From Salinispira sp. (GTDB lineage Bacteria > Spirochaetota > Spirochaetia > DSM-27196 > Salinispiraceae): a DNA stretch of 64,000 nucleotides. The translations under genes and the position numbers were made by a program. Below are positions 59,933-64,000 of the stretch, piece by piece (positions within the stretch are counted from its first letter, which is position 1; each line of letters opens with the position of its first letter). Location: NCBI GenBank assembly GCA_965226555.1, contig CBDDDG010000010.1, positions 160,001 to 224,000 of the forward strand, in the 5' to 3' direction. Under the pieces are notes generated by a model, which saw only the letters and a program-made list of their open reading frames with translations, did not search any database and was not told where the DNA came from.

Positions 59933-62011
59933 TTACTGGTGCATCCTTCGGTGAGATTGATCCGTTGAAGGAAATCCAAGTTTGTCAAAGAAAGCTCTAT
60001 TTCTCTCCTCAGACATTTTAACAATTTGATCGAACGAGATAACCTGAACATGCGCCTTATAGTTCTTGTTATAAAAGAAGTACCCCATTTGATCTTGGGT
60101 CAATGTAGCATCATACTTGAGGCATCTCTCACGCATCTTTGGAGTGAGATCACACAAAATGTAACAATAACCAGGTATCTGGTCCGATTTAGGTATTGGT
60201 CTTCCAGATACAGTAGTAATTTCACCTTCCCGTATACGATTCAAATACCCCAACGTTTGCTCAATGGGGTCCTTATCTTCTCCAGCCGCAGCATCATTTC
60301 TCATTGGTCTCTTTATTTCAACGACTACAATCGATGCCAAGGGAGCGCTCGCGGTTTCGGATACCAAATGAGGATTATCATAGATGTTTAAAGCGAATAT
60401 ATCGGGCTTTTTAGTACTGTCAGATCCAGTAATAAGATTCGATTTCAGCGTTACATTGGAAGCAAGATAATGATGAAAAGCAAGGCGTTCATCTATAAGC
60501 CATAGATTTGCCTCATCCTGAAAGATATTATTTGTTTCTTTGCCCATTGGCATAATGAGCTCGTGGATAATTTCCTCTTTCGCATACTTCCCCTGCGCAT
60601 CGGCTTCAAGAGCCTTTCGAAACATGTTAATAATTACCCGACGATGTGAGACGTACCCCGCGAGATCCGATTTTTTCACATCAGATACTTTATCAAGGTA
60701 ATCCTGCACTCGCGATCTGTACTGTTCCTGATCTTCATCATCCTTTGGGCCTAAAACATCATGTCCTTCTGAGAGAAGCCTAGTTTCCAGCTGATAGAGA
60801 TGGTTGTGCAAAATGATGTCTAGGTCCTTGTCAGATATAGTGGGATCAATGGATGATATATCTTCCTCTGGTATATGCCCGATGATAGGCCGATATCGTG
60901 GCGCCGTATCTGCGACAAACGAATCAAGCCTCGCCTTGGATTTTGCTTTATTTTCTTCAAGATACTCTTTCAAATAAGATTGAACATCAGCAAGAATCGC
61001 TGACTGAACTTCGCTTATGCGCGGACTATCGGGGTCAAAAAGGTCTCCATTTTCATCACCAAAATCAAAGTCAATTCGCTCCACTCGAACGCGTTCATCA
61101 AGATATTTCGAGTTAATGTAGCAGGTATATACGAAATCGTTTTCACCATCATCAATCCTCCCAAAGAGTCCCGGAACCTTGTTGTTAATGTTTTCTTCCC
61201 GCACTAATCTGCTTGCCGCGCAGTAAGCCAAGTTGTGTGTCGAAGATATTGTATTGAGAAGTTTCACATGTGTTAGCTCAAACTTGTAATTCCTGACCTT
61301 TATGGTCTTCTTTTCTGTAGATGCAATCATATGGGCATCGTAAATAGTATCCAAGTTTATTATCTCGTCATGATCTGTCACTATAATGTGAGGCGCTCCG
61401 CCATCGCGAATAAAGTACCATAGACAGTGTTCGAACAAGGCCTTGGCAATAGCCTCAGTAGTCCTTTTCGAAGACTTGCGGTAATCATCCTTGAAATCCT
61501 TCAAGTGGACAATAGTAGAATTCGGATGGGTGCCATTATGATTTTCTGTCTCTATGGCAGTCACTCCACCTACACTATCAAAAATAAATTTTCTGGTGCT
61601 GCTCCTGCCACCATCAGAATAGGTGCTCTGAATTTCAATTGAGTCAAATGCTTTCAGCCAAAGCAGGCGGCCAACACCTTTGCAGCCTTTTTCAATTTTA
61701 TAATCCGAATCGAGAATCTGGAATGATTCCATGTTGCTGTCTGTGAATCCCACTCCGTTGTCATGAACCTTAAAGCCAATTATATTACCAACAGCTTCAG
61801 GTCCTCGCCGGTTATCATGATCCGCAAGTCGCAGCAATTCCTGATGATCGCGGAGAATTTCAACTTTTATTGAACCCTCTGACACATCATTAGCCAGTTC
61901 TTCTATTGAGTGAATGGAGTTGACGACAGCCTCGAACAATGGGAAAAGACCACGGCTTTGAGGTAACGTGGTGTTCCTCACTCTGCCTTTCAGGTTAGTA
62001 ATCATAGCCAT
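59933..62011 (-). CDS. GHKL (HATPase/MORC-like) ATPase fused to a putative PD-(D/E)XK nuclease
   Basis: EAVVNS, DNGVGF, KGVGR; C-terminal KPDI..VVVEIKRP. Confidence 0.75.
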   Translation of the reverse strand: MAMITNLKGRVRNTTLPQSRGLFPLFEAVVNSIHSIEELANDVSEGSIKVEILRDHQELLRLADHDNRRGPEAVGNIIGFKVHDNGVGFTDSNMESFQILDSDYKIEKGCKGVGRLLWLKAFDSIEIQSTYSDGGRSSTRKFIFDSVGGVTAIETENHNGTHPNSTIVHLKDFKDDYRKSSKRTTEAIAKALFEHCLWYFIRDGGAPHIIVTDHDEIINLDTIYDAHMIASTEKKTIKVRNYKFELTHVKLLNTISSTHNLAYCAASRLVREENINNKVPGLFGRIDDGENDFVYTCYINSKYLDERVRVERIDFDFGDENGDLFDPDSPRISEVQSAILADVQSYLKEYLEENKAKSKARLDSFVADTAPRYRPIIGHIPEEDISSIDPTISDKDLDIILHNHLYQLETRLLSEGHDVLGPKDDEDQEQYRSRVQDYLDKVSDVKKSDLAGYVSHRRVIINMFRKALEADAQGKYAKEEIIHELIMPMGKETNNIFQDEANLWLIDERLAFHHYLASNVTLKSNLITGSDSTKKPDIFALNIYDNPHLVSETASAPLASIVVVEIKRPMRNDAAAGEDKDPIEQTLGYLNRIREGEITTVSGRPIPKSDQIPGYCYILCDLTPKMRERCLKYDATLTQDQMGYFFYNKNYKAHVQVISFDQIVKMSEERNRAFFDKLGFPSTDQSHRRMHQ

Positions 62012-62135
62012 AGTTCACTCCTCCACACAGAAAGATTAAGTATACGAATATGTATAAATTCTCTCAAGCATATTTTGGGAATATTTTCAAAATTTTGCAT
62101 TTTGTAAAACTTTATAATTGTATATACTTTGCGCT

Positions 62136-63718
<1,583 letters not shown>

Positions 63719-63722
<4 letters not shown>

Positions 63723-64000
63723 GCGGAATGAGTGGAATGAGCGGAGTTAATTACAGCAAACTGGAAAAATCGCTTGCGGAGTTGAAAGAGCAATATGAAA
63801 ACTATCGAACATTGGACACACAAAACCTGTCCGATGTGAACCAACGAGCCGTAAAAAATTCAGTTATCAAATGTTTTGAATTTGTCTATGACACATTGTG
63901 GAAAACAGTAAAGAAATACCTACAAGACCATGGAATTATTAATATGCCTCATTCTCCTGTCGGCATTTTCAGAGAGGCGCATAAAAATTTGTTAATTGAA
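63719..64000 (+). CDS. HI0074-like nucleotidyltransferase substrate-binding (HEPN) protein, partial
   Basis: Absent from the ORF track; translates MSGMSGMSGVNYSKLEKSL..VIKCFEFVYDTLWK..YL..SP..IFREA; ATGA overlap with hsdM. Confidence 0.8.

Noticed and set aside
62088..62114. Possible additional micro-MITE upstream of hsdM (also 4191-4209)
   Set aside because: Only a weak match in AT-rich sequence and no flanking duplication

Overview
Bacterial chromosomal window, probably from a spirochaete (inferred from the divergent rnf cluster next to a GH57 gene and the lipoprotein-rich content). Housekeeping blocks (ABC sugar permease, MFS, rnf-like operon, GH57, prfB, ftsY, lpoB, lolCDE-like, mcsAB-like, hisHF, PBP) alternate with accessory islands. 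The main accessory signal is an expansion of Rpn (PD-(D/E)XK, 'Transposase_31') genes: nine loci in three subfamilies, including a four-unit tandem array at 23.3-31.0 kb and a broken three-unit array at 50.2-53.5 kb. Every locus that reaches its 3' end has an internal RBS+ATG defining a small, repeat-rich C-terminal protein. In four broken copies the lesions destroy the long nuclease and spare the small protein. A second signal is a modular family of palindromic miniature elements (25, 55, ~103, ~131 and 225 bp). Their ends resemble those of an intact IS5-family element in the window, several have 5-bp target duplications like that IS, and they repeatedly insert into Rpn genes and 5' leaders. 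Also present: an IS1182 element, a decayed IS481-like transposase, repeat-rich surface lipoproteins, a G21 tract in a decayed FN3 lipoprotein gene, and a defence-like right end (Fic, GHKL ATPase-nuclease, type I HsdM, HI0074/HEPN-like gene). No rRNA, tRNA or CRISPR array was seen. All product calls come from motif recognition, not database searches.
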